Shown: one piece after another, positions 7,457 to 15,136 of the stretch
Layout: each line of letters begins with the position of its first letter
How positions within the stretch are numbered: the first letter of the stretch is position 1
Source of the DNA: Planctomycetota bacterium
GTDB taxonomy: Bacteria > Planctomycetota > UBA1135 > GCA-002686595
Reading direction: 5' to 3'
NCBI GenBank assembly: GCA_016779205.1
Contig: JADHOC010000010.1
Span: 22,108-46,107 of the forward strand
DNA length: 24,000 nucleotides
Notes under the pieces: model-generated
Told to the model about the DNA's origin: nothing
What the model saw: the letters and a program-made list of their open reading frames with translations, nothing else
Databases searched by the model: none
Translations under genes and position numbers: made by a program

Positions 7457-7929
7457 AGGTAGGCGTCGTGCCCCTCTTTCTTCTGCTTCCCGAGCGTCCG
7501 GTAGATCGTCTTCGCCGCGTCCGCGTCGCCCTTGGCGAGGGCGACCTCCAGGTCCACCAGCGTCGAGCAAACGGTGAGCATGCGCTTGCGGAAGTCGGCA
7601 TTGAAGTCGACGAGCGCGTCGCCCTCGAGCACGGCCTCCGGCTTCGGCGGGTGCTGGAATCCAACGAGGGCTGCGGCCTGCATCTCCTGGCAGAGCTTGA
7701 CGGCCGCGTCCTTCTGGTCCGGCTTGCTGAGCATCTTGCGGATGCCCTTCATGCCCTTCTGGATCACCTCCATGCTCTCGTGGAGCGGTCCGGCCTCCTC
7801 GTCGTCATCGGCGGTGACCACCGCGTGGCTGCCGGGGGCGGCCACGGAGGAGTCGGTGAGCTGGGCGGCGAGGGCGAGGACCGCGAGGCCGGGGAGGGCG
7901 AGCAGGGTCAGCTTGGAGCGTTGAATCAT
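7453..7929 (-). CDS. Secreted cytochrome b562-like four-helix-bundle protein
   Basis: Signal peptide [23 protein letters not shown]. The mature part, [17 protein letters not shown]...[19 protein letters not shown]...[10 protein letters not shown]...[28 protein letters not shown], parallels E. coli cytochrome b562 (LEDNMETLN...MRAAALDAQKATPPKLE...DFRHGF...NAYHQKY). This includes the candidate Met and C-terminal His haem ligands. Confidence 0.7.
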   Translation of the reverse strand: MIQRSKLTLLALPGLAVLALAAQLTDSSVAAPGSHAVVTADDDEEAGPLHESMEVIQKGMKGIRKMLSKPDQKDAAVKLCQEMQAAALVGFQHPPKPEAVLEGDALVDFNADFRKRMLTVCSTLVDLEVALAKGDADAAKTIYRTLGKQKKEGHDAYL

Positions 7930-7974
7930 GGGGTCGTGTCGAAGTCGCCGGCCGGGGGCCGGGCAGGGAAGGGG

Positions 7975-9111
7975 TCACGCGCCATGAAGAATAGTCTTCC
8001 AGGCCGCGAGGTGGGCCAGGGCGCATGCCCGCCAGGTGTAGGGGGAGGCATTCCTAATCCAACCCTCACGTTCGCTGGGATCCTCGGCCCGGTCGAGGAG
8101 CTCCGCCAGGGCCGCGGCGACGCCAGCAGGGTCACCGGGGTCGACGAAGCGCGCCGAGGTCCCCAGCGCCTCCTTGAAGGCCGGGGTCGGGGAGGCCACC
8201 ACTCCGAGGCCATGGCGGCCGGCCTCCAGGGGGGTGACCGGGGTCGCCTCGTCGTCGGTGAGGTGCAGGAGCACCTGGGCGCCGCCCACGCAGGCGGGCA
8301 TCCGCGCCTCGTCGGGCGCCTCGATCCACCGGACCTCGGAGGCGACGGGGGAGGCGCGCAGGGCTGTCCTGAACTCCTCCGCCGCGTCTCCGGGCCGCCC
8401 CACAAACAGGAGCCGGCTGGACGAGCCCCGCTGGCGCAGCGCCTCGAAGGCGCGGAGGGCGGCCACGGGGTGCCGTGACCGGCGGACCGCGCCCAGGACC
8501 AGCACGTCCCGGGTTGGCCTGCGCCCTGGCCGGGCCGGGAGGTCTCGCTCCCAGTGGTCGGTCCCCACCGGGACCTGGAAGATCCTCTCCGGGGGCACGC
8601 CAAACGTGCGGGTCAATCGATCCGCGGCCTCTGCGGAGAAGACGAGCAGCCCATCGGCGCGGCTCACCGCTGCGCGGAACGCGGGCGCGGAGGGCGCGTG
8701 CTCCGACGGGAACTCCGCCACGGCCAGGGTCTGGGCCGGCGCCTCGGCCGGGGGCCAGCCGGGCGCGGAACGGTGGAAGATCTGGCAGCCTCCGCCGATC
8801 CACCGCCCTGGGCCCGGGTGGACGCGGGCGGCCAGCGCGAGGGCGCGCCTTGGGAGGCGGAGCTTCCGGTGCTCGGCGCGGTGGAGCACGTCAGACCCGT
8901 CCAGGCCGAGCGCGGTCCCTGCCATGGGCCGCGGGGCCCTTCCGACCTCCACGAGGCGGAGCCGGCCGAGCTCGGTCGCGGACTCGCGGACCAGGGCCCG
9001 GACGAGCTCCCGGACGTAGCGGCCCGTGCCAGGGGCGTGGCCTGCGGCGGGCGTGTAGTCCACCGCCAGCGACAGGTCGTGGCCGGGGCGGGCCGGAGCT
9101 CGGCCGTTCAC
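7975..9111 (-). CDS. Glycosyltransferase, GT4-like (retaining GT-B fold)
   Basis: ...VLVLGAVRRSRHPVAALRAFEAL...LLFVGRPGD... and the E-x7-E motif (DEATPVTPLEAG) are typical of family 4 glycosyltransferases. The listed ORF start (9312) overlaps the upstream small gene. GTG at 9109-9111 forms a GTGA overlap with that gene's stop and gives a 378-aa product of typical size. Confidence 0.8.
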   Translation of the reverse strand: MNGRAPARPGHDLSLAVDYTPAAGHAPGTGRYVRELVRALVRESATELGRLRLVEVGRAPRPMAGTALGLDGSDVLHRAEHRKLRLPRRALALAARVHPGPGRWIGGGCQIFHRSAPGWPPAEAPAQTLAVAEFPSEHAPSAPAFRAAVSRADGLLVFSAEAADRLTRTFGVPPERIFQVPVGTDHWERDLPARPGRRPTRDVLVLGAVRRSRHPVAALRAFEALRQRGSSSRLLFVGRPGDAAEEFRTALRASPVASEVRWIEAPDEARMPACVGGAQVLLHLTDDEATPVTPLEAGRHGLGVVASPTPAFKEALGTSARFVDPGDPAGVAAALAELLDRAEDPSEREGWIRNASPYTWRACALAHLAAWKTILHGA

Positions 9112-9368
9112 CGGGCGTCCCGGTCGTTGCCGCCGCTGCGGTCCCGGAGGTGGGCCAGCACCTCGTTGACGAGGGGGTCCGGCTCGCCGGCCTTGCGCTC
9201 GCGGATCTCCCGGAGCTGCTCCTCCGTGGGGGGATCCCCGAGGAACCCGCCGTCCTCCTCGAAGGCCTGGGCGAGGTCGCGGAAGAGCGCCTTCATGAAC
9301 GGCAACACCCACGGCAGTGAAATGATCACTGCCGAGTACTTGATGATCGCCTTGGTCGTCTCGTCCAT
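9108..9368 (-). CDS. Small single-pass membrane protein (hypothetical), translationally coupled to the glycosyltransferase
   Basis: MDETTKAIIKYSAVIISLPWVLPFMKALF... has one hydrophobic helix followed by an acidic, proline-containing tail. ATG 9366-9368 is preceded by GGAAAGAGG (Shine-Dalgarno-like). An alternative ATG lies at 9386. No recognisable family. Confidence 0.5.
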   Translation of the reverse strand: MDETTKAIIKYSAVIISLPWVLPFMKALFRDLAQAFEEDGGFLGDPPTEEQLREIRERKAGEPDPLVNEVLAHLRDRSGGNDRDAR

Positions 9369-9494
9369 GGTGCCTCTTTCCCCCATCGTACGAAACGGGG
9401 CCCCGTCCTCGGAGCGCCCTGGGAAAAGCTAGGGGGTGTCCGATCCTGTGTCAGTCCCGCTAAAGTCGTCCCCTCCCCAGATCCCCCAATCACC

Positions 9495-10640
9495 ATGTCA
9501 GCAGAACAACTCTCCGTCGCGCTCCTCGGGCAACGCTTCATGGGCCGGGCCCACTCCAACGCGTGGCGCCAGGCGCCCCAGTTCTTCGACCTCGCCGTCC
9601 AGCCGGTCCTGCACACGATCGCTGGCCGGGACGCGGCCTCCCTGGAGGAGTTCGGGGCGCGCTGGGGCTGGCAGAACACGACCACGGACTGGCGGACCAT
9701 CGCCGCGGATCCCGCCGTGCAGCTGGTGGACATCGGCACGCCGAACGACGTGCACGAGGAGCCGGCCATCGCGATGCTCGAGGCGGGCAAGCACGTGGCC
9801 TGCGAGAAGCCCCTCTCCGCGACGCTCGACTCCGCCCGCCGCATGCGGGACGCGGCCGCGGCGGCGGAGGGCAAGACCTTCGTCTGGTTCAACTATCGCC
9901 GCTGCCCCGCGGTCGCGCTCATGCACGAGCTCGTCCAGGAGGGGCGCATCGGTGAGGTCCTGCACGTCCGCGGGACCTACCTCCAGTCGTGGGGGGGGCC
10001 AGAGACACCGATGCTCTGGCGCTTCGACAAGGGCCGCGCGGGCTCCGGCGCCCACGGGGACCTGAACGCCCACATCGTCGACATGGCCAGGTTCGTCACC
10101 GGTCAGGAGGTGACCCGCGTCCACGGAGGCATCGCCGAGACCTTCGTCAAGGAGCGCACCGCAGGGGACGGATCCAAGCACGCCTCCACGGTGGACGACG
10201 TGGTCGTGTTCCTCGCGACGTTCGCCGGCGGGGCCACCGCCTCCTTCGAGGCCTCCCGCCTCGCCCACGGCCACCACAACCGCAACACCCTCGAGGTCAA
10301 CGGCACCAAGGGATCGGTGCGCTTCGACTTCGAGGACATGAACGTCCTGCACTTCATCGACGGGACAGAGGACGCCCGCCTCCGCGGGTGGCGGCGCATC
10401 ATGTGCACCGACGCCGAGCACCACCCCTACGCGTCGGCCTGGTGGCCAGACGCCCACGTGATCGGCTACGAACACGGCTTCACGAACATGGTGGCGGACA
10501 TCTGCGCGGTGGTCGGAGGGGGCTCCCCTCGGGTCCCGCTCCCGGACTTCGCCGATGCGTTCGAGACCCAGGTCGTGCTGGAGGCCGCGCTCGAGTCCGC
10601 CTCGACGGGGGCCGCTGTGGATGTGGCCACCCTGCGCTGA
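9495..10640 (+). CDS. Gfo/Idh/MocA family NAD(P)-dependent oxidoreductase
   Basis: 381 aa. N-terminal Rossmann region VALLGQRFMGRAHSNAW, ...VDIGTPNDVHEEPAIAMLEAGKHVACEKPLSATLDSARRM (family E-K-P motif), and a C-terminal alpha/beta domain with ...VNGTKGSVRFDFEDMN... Confidence 0.9.
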   Translation: MSAEQLSVALLGQRFMGRAHSNAWRQAPQFFDLAVQPVLHTIAGRDAASLEEFGARWGWQNTTTDWRTIAADPAVQLVDIGTPNDVHEEPAIAMLEAGKHVACEKPLSATLDSARRMRDAAAAAEGKTFVWFNYRRCPAVALMHELVQEGRIGEVLHVRGTYLQSWGGPETPMLWRFDKGRAGSGAHGDLNAHIVDMARFVTGQEVTRVHGGIAETFVKERTAGDGSKHASTVDDVVVFLATFAGGATASFEASRLAHGHHNRNTLEVNGTKGSVRFDFEDMNVLHFIDGTEDARLRGWRRIMCTDAEHHPYASAWWPDAHVIGYEHGFTNMVADICAVVGGGSPRVPLPDFADAFETQVVLEAALESASTGAAVDVATLR

Positions 10641-10771
10641 CCCTTTGCGAGAAATCCAGGTAAAGGGGGCCCCTGGAGCCTGACCGGGGGGCGGTGGAGC
10701 GCGGGATTTGGGGCTCATTGCGCTATCCTGACGACTCCACGACTCGCATATCTCCACCCTCTCCTCCCGAC

Positions 10772-12067
10772 ATGATCCGTTTCGTCGTCGCCTCCGCGGT
10801 GCTCACCGCCGGGGCCAGTGCCCAGTCCTTCACCTACTCGATCGACCCGGCGCAGAGCGATATCTCCGTCAACAGCAGCATCACCCTCGACCTGACGGGC
10901 GACCTCAAGGGCGTGTTCGATGCGGCCACCAACCCCGGCGGGACCCGGACCCTCTCCGGCCTGTTCGGTGACCCGGGGACCAACGCGGAGATCCCCCTGA
11001 GCCTCGGGCTCGGGATCTCGCTGGACCTCGGCGGAGCGGGGGCGGGCAGCTTCACGCTCATCTACGACCCGGCCAGCGGAGAGGTCAGCGTCGACGAGCT
11101 CGTGGCCACCGTGGGCGCCGGGACCACCTCCCAGGCGGACCTGAGCGTCACCCTGGAGTACGACACCTTCCGGACCGTGGCGCCGGGCTCCCTCTTCATC
11201 GGTGGAATCCCGCTCACGCTCCCCCTGGGGGCCGCCACGGCCTCCGACATCGAGCTCATCCAGTCGGCCGCAGCCGTCGGAACCGCGGCCCCCTCGGGGA
11301 CGCCCGGCGTCATCGACGTCGACCTGATCGTCCCCGTGGACCTGAGCCTGGTGGTGGACCTGGGGACCCTCGGCGGGGGGACGCCGACGCCGGTGGGCCC
11401 GATCCCGTTCGCCCTGCCCATCAGCGGCTCGTTCGACCTCGCCGCCTGCGACACGCGCCTGGACGCCCTGACGAACCAGTCCATCAGCCAGTCGATCCCG
11501 TCACCGTTCCCGCTGGCGTTCGACGATCTCCCCCTCGACCTGCCCACGATCCTGCCCCCCGGCAGCACGGCGAACCTGCTCCTGACCGCGGGCCTCGACA
11601 CCCTCAGCCTCGACGGGCAGATCACCTCGAACCTGGTGGCCACCGCCGCCGACGGCCGGGTGCAGAACGTCTGCTTCGCCCTCGCCAACTCCACCGGGCT
11701 CGGCGCGGTGCTCGACGCCAGCGGCAGCCAGAGCGTGGCCAACGAGGACCTCGGGTTCACCGTCACGTCCCTGCCCCAGGGCTCCTTCGGCTTCCTGCTC
11801 ATGTCGCAGACGGAGGCCAACCAGCCCGGGTTCGGAGGCAGTCAGGGCACGCTCTGCATCGGAGAGCCGTGCTTCCGCTTCTCGAACAGCGTCCAGAACA
11901 GCGGCCTCCTCGGTGAGGTGGCCTTCGCCCCTGACTTCGGGAACCTCCCCATGGGGCAGCAGTTCATCGAGGCCGAGTCCTGGGTCTTCCAGTACTGGTT
12001 CCGCGACGCCAACCCGCAGCCGACCTCCAACACGTCGAGCGCGCTGCGAGTGACCTTCTGTCGCTGA
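10772..12067 (+). CDS. Secreted, highly acidic low-complexity protein with a conserved roughly 135-aa Cys-containing C-terminal domain (unknown function)
   Basis: The listed ORF begins at 10694. ATG 10772 gives a clean signal peptide, MIRFVVASAVLTAGASAQ. The passenger region is G/T/L/D/S/P-rich with almost no K/R. The C-terminal 135 aa (11660-12064) are paralogous to the C-terminus of the LamG protein at 22338-22760. Confidence 0.75.
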   Translation: MIRFVVASAVLTAGASAQSFTYSIDPAQSDISVNSSITLDLTGDLKGVFDAATNPGGTRTLSGLFGDPGTNAEIPLSLGLGISLDLGGAGAGSFTLIYDPASGEVSVDELVATVGAGTTSQADLSVTLEYDTFRTVAPGSLFIGGIPLTLPLGAATASDIELIQSAAAVGTAAPSGTPGVIDVDLIVPVDLSLVVDLGTLGGGTPTPVGPIPFALPISGSFDLAACDTRLDALTNQSISQSIPSPFPLAFDDLPLDLPTILPPGSTANLLLTAGLDTLSLDGQITSNLVATAADGRVQNVCFALANSTGLGAVLDASGSQSVANEDLGFTVTSLPQGSFGFLLMSQTEANQPGFGGSQGTLCIGEPCFRFSNSVQNSGLLGEVAFAPDFGNLPMGQQFIEAESWVFQYWFRDANPQPTSNTSSALRVTFCR

Positions 12068-12096
12068 CCCGAAGACGCGGCCTCCTCGGCTACCAT

Positions 12097-12132
12097 GAGA
12101 GCGCGAGCGCCCCTGCGGGCGCCCGCGCTCTT
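12097..12132 (+). terminator. Strong GC-rich hairpin downstream of the secreted-protein gene (candidate intrinsic terminator or attenuator)
   Basis: GAGAGCGCG-a-GCGCCC-ctgc-GGGCGC-c-CGCGCTCTt forms about 15 bp of stem (one A/C mismatch, 4-nt loop). It starts 30 nt after the stop at 12067 and is followed by the T-containing tail TCTCGTTCATCC. It ends 33 nt before the next start codon. Confidence 0.5.
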
Positions 12133-12164
12133 CTCGTTCATCCCGATCCCCGACGACGCTCCCC

Positions 12165-13211
12165 ATGACGCGCGCTGTTTGCCTCTTCACCGGTCAGTGG
12201 GCCGACCTCTCCCTCGAGACTCTCCTCCCCAAGGTCAAGGCCATGGGCTTCGACGGCGTCGAGCTCGCCTGCTGGGGCGACCACTTCGAGGTGCAGCGTG
12301 CCCTCTCGGAGGACGACTACTGCGCGAAGAAGTGGGAGCTGCTGGAGGCCCACGGGATGGCCTGCTACGCGATCTCCACGCACCTCGTGGGCCAGGCGGT
12401 GTGCGACCGCATCGACGAGCGCCACGAGTCCATCCTCCCGCCGGAGATCTGGGGCGACGGGGACCCCGACGGGGTTCGAGCGCGCGCGACCCAGGAGGTG
12501 AAGGACACGGCCCGCGCGGCCCGCCGCTTCTTCGACGCCGCCCCGCAGCACGTCAAGGACCGCATGGCGCGGCCGGGCAAGGCCGTGGTCAACGGCTTCA
12601 CCGGCTCGGGCATCTGGCACCTCCTGTACTCCTTCCCGCCGGTGCCGAAGGAGACCATCGACGCGGGCTTCAAGGCCTTCGCCGACGCCTGGAAGCCGAT
12701 CATGGACGTGTTCCAGGAGCACGACGTCCTGTTCGCCCTGGAGGTCCACCCCACGGAGATCGCCTTCGATATCGCGTCCACCCGGCGCGCCTTCGAGGCC
12801 ATCGACCACCACCCCGCCTTCGGCCTCAACTACGACCCCAGCCACTTCGGGTATCAGCGGGTGGACTACCTCGCGTTCCTGGACGAGTTCGCGGACAAGA
12901 TCCACAACTGTCACATGAAGGACGTGTGGTGGTCGGACCAGCTCGGCGAGGCCGGCGTCTTCGGCGGTCACACGGACTTCGGCGCCCCGGAGCGTACCTG
13001 GGACTTCCGCAGCATCGGCCGCGGCAGCGTCGACTTCGAGGGCATCATCCGCCGGCTGAACCGCATGGACTACCGGGGCCCGCTCTCGGTGGAGTGGGAG
13101 GACGGCGGAATGGACCGCGAGCACGGCGCCACCGAGTCCGCCGCGTTCCTGCGCAAGCTGGACTTCGAGCCCTCGAGCCGTGCCTTCGACTCCGCGTTCT
13201 CCGAGGATTGA
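12165..13211 (+). CDS. Sugar phosphate isomerase/epimerase-like enzyme (xylose isomerase-like TIM barrel, AP_endonuc_2 superfamily)
   Basis: 348 aa. [43 protein letters not shown], ...[13 protein letters not shown]..., ...[10 protein letters not shown]..., ...CHMKDVWW... and ...[11 protein letters not shown]... give the E/D/H/E metal-site pattern of this TIM-barrel family, which is commonly paired with Gfo/Idh/MocA enzymes. Confidence 0.9.
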   Translation: MTRAVCLFTGQWADLSLETLLPKVKAMGFDGVELACWGDHFEVQRALSEDDYCAKKWELLEAHGMACYAISTHLVGQAVCDRIDERHESILPPEIWGDGDPDGVRARATQEVKDTARAARRFFDAAPQHVKDRMARPGKAVVNGFTGSGIWHLLYSFPPVPKETIDAGFKAFADAWKPIMDVFQEHDVLFALEVHPTEIAFDIASTRRAFEAIDHHPAFGLNYDPSHFGYQRVDYLAFLDEFADKIHNCHMKDVWWSDQLGEAGVFGGHTDFGAPERTWDFRSIGRGSVDFEGIIRRLNRMDYRGPLSVEWEDGGMDREHGATESAAFLRKLDFEPSSRAFDSAFSED

Positions 13212-13262
13212 TCGCCGCCGCCGCGACCCCCTAGAGCTCCACGTCCCTTCCCCCGATCTCCG

Positions 13263-14567
13263 ATGAGTGACTCCACCGCCGCACCGCTCTCATCCAGCCT
13301 GAGGACCCGCCTCTCGCTGATGATGTTCCTCCAGTACGCCATCTGGGGGGCATGGCTCCCGTTCCTCTGGAGCTTCCTCGCGGACTACCGAGGCATGGAC
13401 GGCGGAGAGATCGGCAACATGTTCGCCTTCGGCGCCGTAGGCGCCATCGTCGGGCCGATCATCTTCGGCCCGCTGGCGGACCGCTTCGTCTCCACGGAGA
13501 AGCTGCTCGCCGCGAGCCACCTGATCGGGGCGATCCTCGTGTGGCGTATGGCGGAGATCCCCGCCGATCAGTTCTGGCTGTACGCGCTCCTGTACGGGCT
13601 CTTCTACATGCCCACGCTGTCGCTCACGAACAGCCTCGCCTTCGCGCACCTGCCGGATCGTGAGCGTGACTTCGGCAAGGTCCGCCTGTGGGGCACCCTC
13701 GGGTGGATCGCCGTCGGCCTCGCCATGGGGCACTGGCTCGCCAGCCAGCACACGCCGGTGGATGCGAGCGCCCAGGACGTGCTGCTCGCCCAGGCCGAGG
13801 GTAAGGGCGACGCGTTCCGCCTCTCCGGAATCCTCGGCGTGGTGATGGCCGTCTTCTGCCTTTCCCTGCCGAAGACCCCGCCGGCGGGGTCCTCCGAGAA
13901 GAACCCGGCCCTCGCCGCGCTCGGCGCGGTCCGCTTCCAGCCGCTCCTGACCCTCTTCCTCCTCGCGGTCCCGGTCAGCATCATCCACCAGTTCTACTTC
14001 GTCCACACCGAGCCCTTCCTCGGCGCCCAGCAGGTCGCCGCGCCCGAGTGGTCGAAGGCGATCTTCGGCGCTGGCGGCGGCGGCGTCATGACCGTCGGGC
14101 AGATGAGCGAGACGCTCGTACTCGGCCTCGTCCCGCTGCTGATCGCGCGCGGCCTCTCCAAGAAGACCCTGCTGGGAATCGGGCTCGTGGCCTACGCCTT
14201 GCGAATGGCCCTCTTCGCCCACGTCGACGCCATCCCGCTGCCCCCGGCTCTCACCCTCATCCTGGGCGTCGCGCTGCACGGCTTCTGCTTCGGCTGCTTC
14301 ATCTTCGTCTCGTTCATGGTCGTGGACGAGTACACGAACCACGAGGTGCGGGCCAGCGCTCAGAACCTCTACAACCTGGTCATCGTGGGGATCGGCGTGA
14401 TCGTCGGCAGCATCATCGCGGGCAAGATCTCGGAGTGGGCGACCACGGACGGCGTCCTCGACTACACCCGGCTGTTCTCGGTCCCGATGTACGCCGCGCT
14501 CGCGTGCCTGTTCCTGCTCATGGCGCTGTACCCGAGGGCCTCGGCCTTGCCGCCGTCCGCGGACTGA
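13263..14567 (+). CDS. MFS transporter of the nucleoside:H+ symporter (NupG/XapB, NHS) family
   Basis: 434 aa, about 12 hydrophobic segments. LSLMMFLQYAIWGAWLPFL, LADRFVSTEKLL, FYMPTLSLTNSLAF, VRLWGTLGWI, MSETLVLGLVPLLIARG and VRASAQNLYNLVIVGIGVIVGSIIAGKI line up with E. coli NupG blocks (SFLQFCLWGSWL, YMPTLGLIN, IRIWGTIGF, ISETLFIL, IRASAQGMF). Confidence 0.88.
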   Translation: MSDSTAAPLSSSLRTRLSLMMFLQYAIWGAWLPFLWSFLADYRGMDGGEIGNMFAFGAVGAIVGPIIFGPLADRFVSTEKLLAASHLIGAILVWRMAEIPADQFWLYALLYGLFYMPTLSLTNSLAFAHLPDRERDFGKVRLWGTLGWIAVGLAMGHWLASQHTPVDASAQDVLLAQAEGKGDAFRLSGILGVVMAVFCLSLPKTPPAGSSEKNPALAALGAVRFQPLLTLFLLAVPVSIIHQFYFVHTEPFLGAQQVAAPEWSKAIFGAGGGGVMTVGQMSETLVLGLVPLLIARGLSKKTLLGIGLVAYALRMALFAHVDAIPLPPALTLILGVALHGFCFGCFIFVSFMVVDEYTNHEVRASAQNLYNLVIVGIGVIVGSIIAGKISEWATTDGVLDYTRLFSVPMYAALACLFLLMALYPRASALPPSAD

Positions 14568-14578
14568 CGGCGCCCGCC

Positions 14579-15088
14579 ATGACCCCGCGCCTCGAACGGC
14601 TGTTCGGTGAGTACCACGCGTATCACCGGGATCCAGTCAACGTGGCGATCCACAAGGTCGCGGTTCCGGCGATCCTGTTCCACATCGTGGCGATGTTGGA
14701 CTGGATCGCTCTCCCGGTTCGAGTGGCGGGGGTGCCCCTTGGTCTCGGCCTGGTGGCGGCGGTGGCCGTGGGGGCCTGGTATCTCTTCGTATGTCCTCGG
14801 TATGCGGCGGTCCTCGTGCCCTTCGCCATCGGGTGCGCGGTCGTCGGCCGCATGGTGCCGAGGCCGGTGGTGGTGGGGGTCGCAGCGGTGGCCTGGACGG
14901 CCCAGTTCGTGGGCCACGCCAGCTTCGAGCGCAGGGCGCCCGCCTTCACGGACAACCTCGTTCAACTCCTCGTCGGCCCCGCCTACGTGGTGGCGCTGAT
15001 GATGGGGGACTGGCCCCCGGCAGGCGAGCGAGACGCCGGCGGACGCCAGGGCGATTCCGACCGTCACCGGGAGCAGCGCGGCGAGTAG
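14579..15088 (+). CDS. DUF962 / Mpo1-like membrane protein
   Basis: ATG 14579 lies 11 nt after the MFS stop; the listed ORF 14048..15088 is the same frame extended upstream. YHAYHRDPVNVAIHKVAVPAILFHIV... and ...AQFVGHASFERRAPAFTDNLVQLLVGPAYV match the DUF962 (yeast Mpo1/YGL010w-like) signature. Several TM helices are present. Confidence 0.75.
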   Translation: MTPRLERLFGEYHAYHRDPVNVAIHKVAVPAILFHIVAMLDWIALPVRVAGVPLGLGLVAAVAVGAWYLFVCPRYAAVLVPFAIGCAVVGRMVPRPVVVGVAAVAWTAQFVGHASFERRAPAFTDNLVQLLVGPAYVVALMMGDWPPAGERDAGGRQGDSDRHREQRGE

Positions 15089-15136
15089 ATTGGGCGCCTA
15101 CGATTCGTGCCCTCCCGGCCCCATCGCTCCCCACCC

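Noticed and set aside
9395-9406. 12-nt perfect palindrome ACGGGGCCCCGT in the divergent promoter region between the small membrane protein gene and the Gfo/Idh/MocA gene
   Set aside because: It could be an operator, but short G4C4-type palindromes are frequent by chance in sequence this GC-rich (others occur at 5924-5931 and 6957-6970). No regulator gene is adjacent.
10826-11100. YceI-like resemblance of the secreted protein N-terminus (SFTYSIDPAQSDISV...)
   Set aside because: The resemblance rests on a single short motif similar to Y-x-I-D-x2-H-S-x-V. The rest of the region is low-complexity and I cannot support the assignment without an HMM search.
12095-13234. 379-aa plus-strand ORF starting inside the hairpin upstream of the TIM-barrel gene
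   Set aside because: It is out of frame with the motif-bearing ORF 12165..13211. Its product is R/P/G-rich noise, and its ATG sits within the terminator-like stem.
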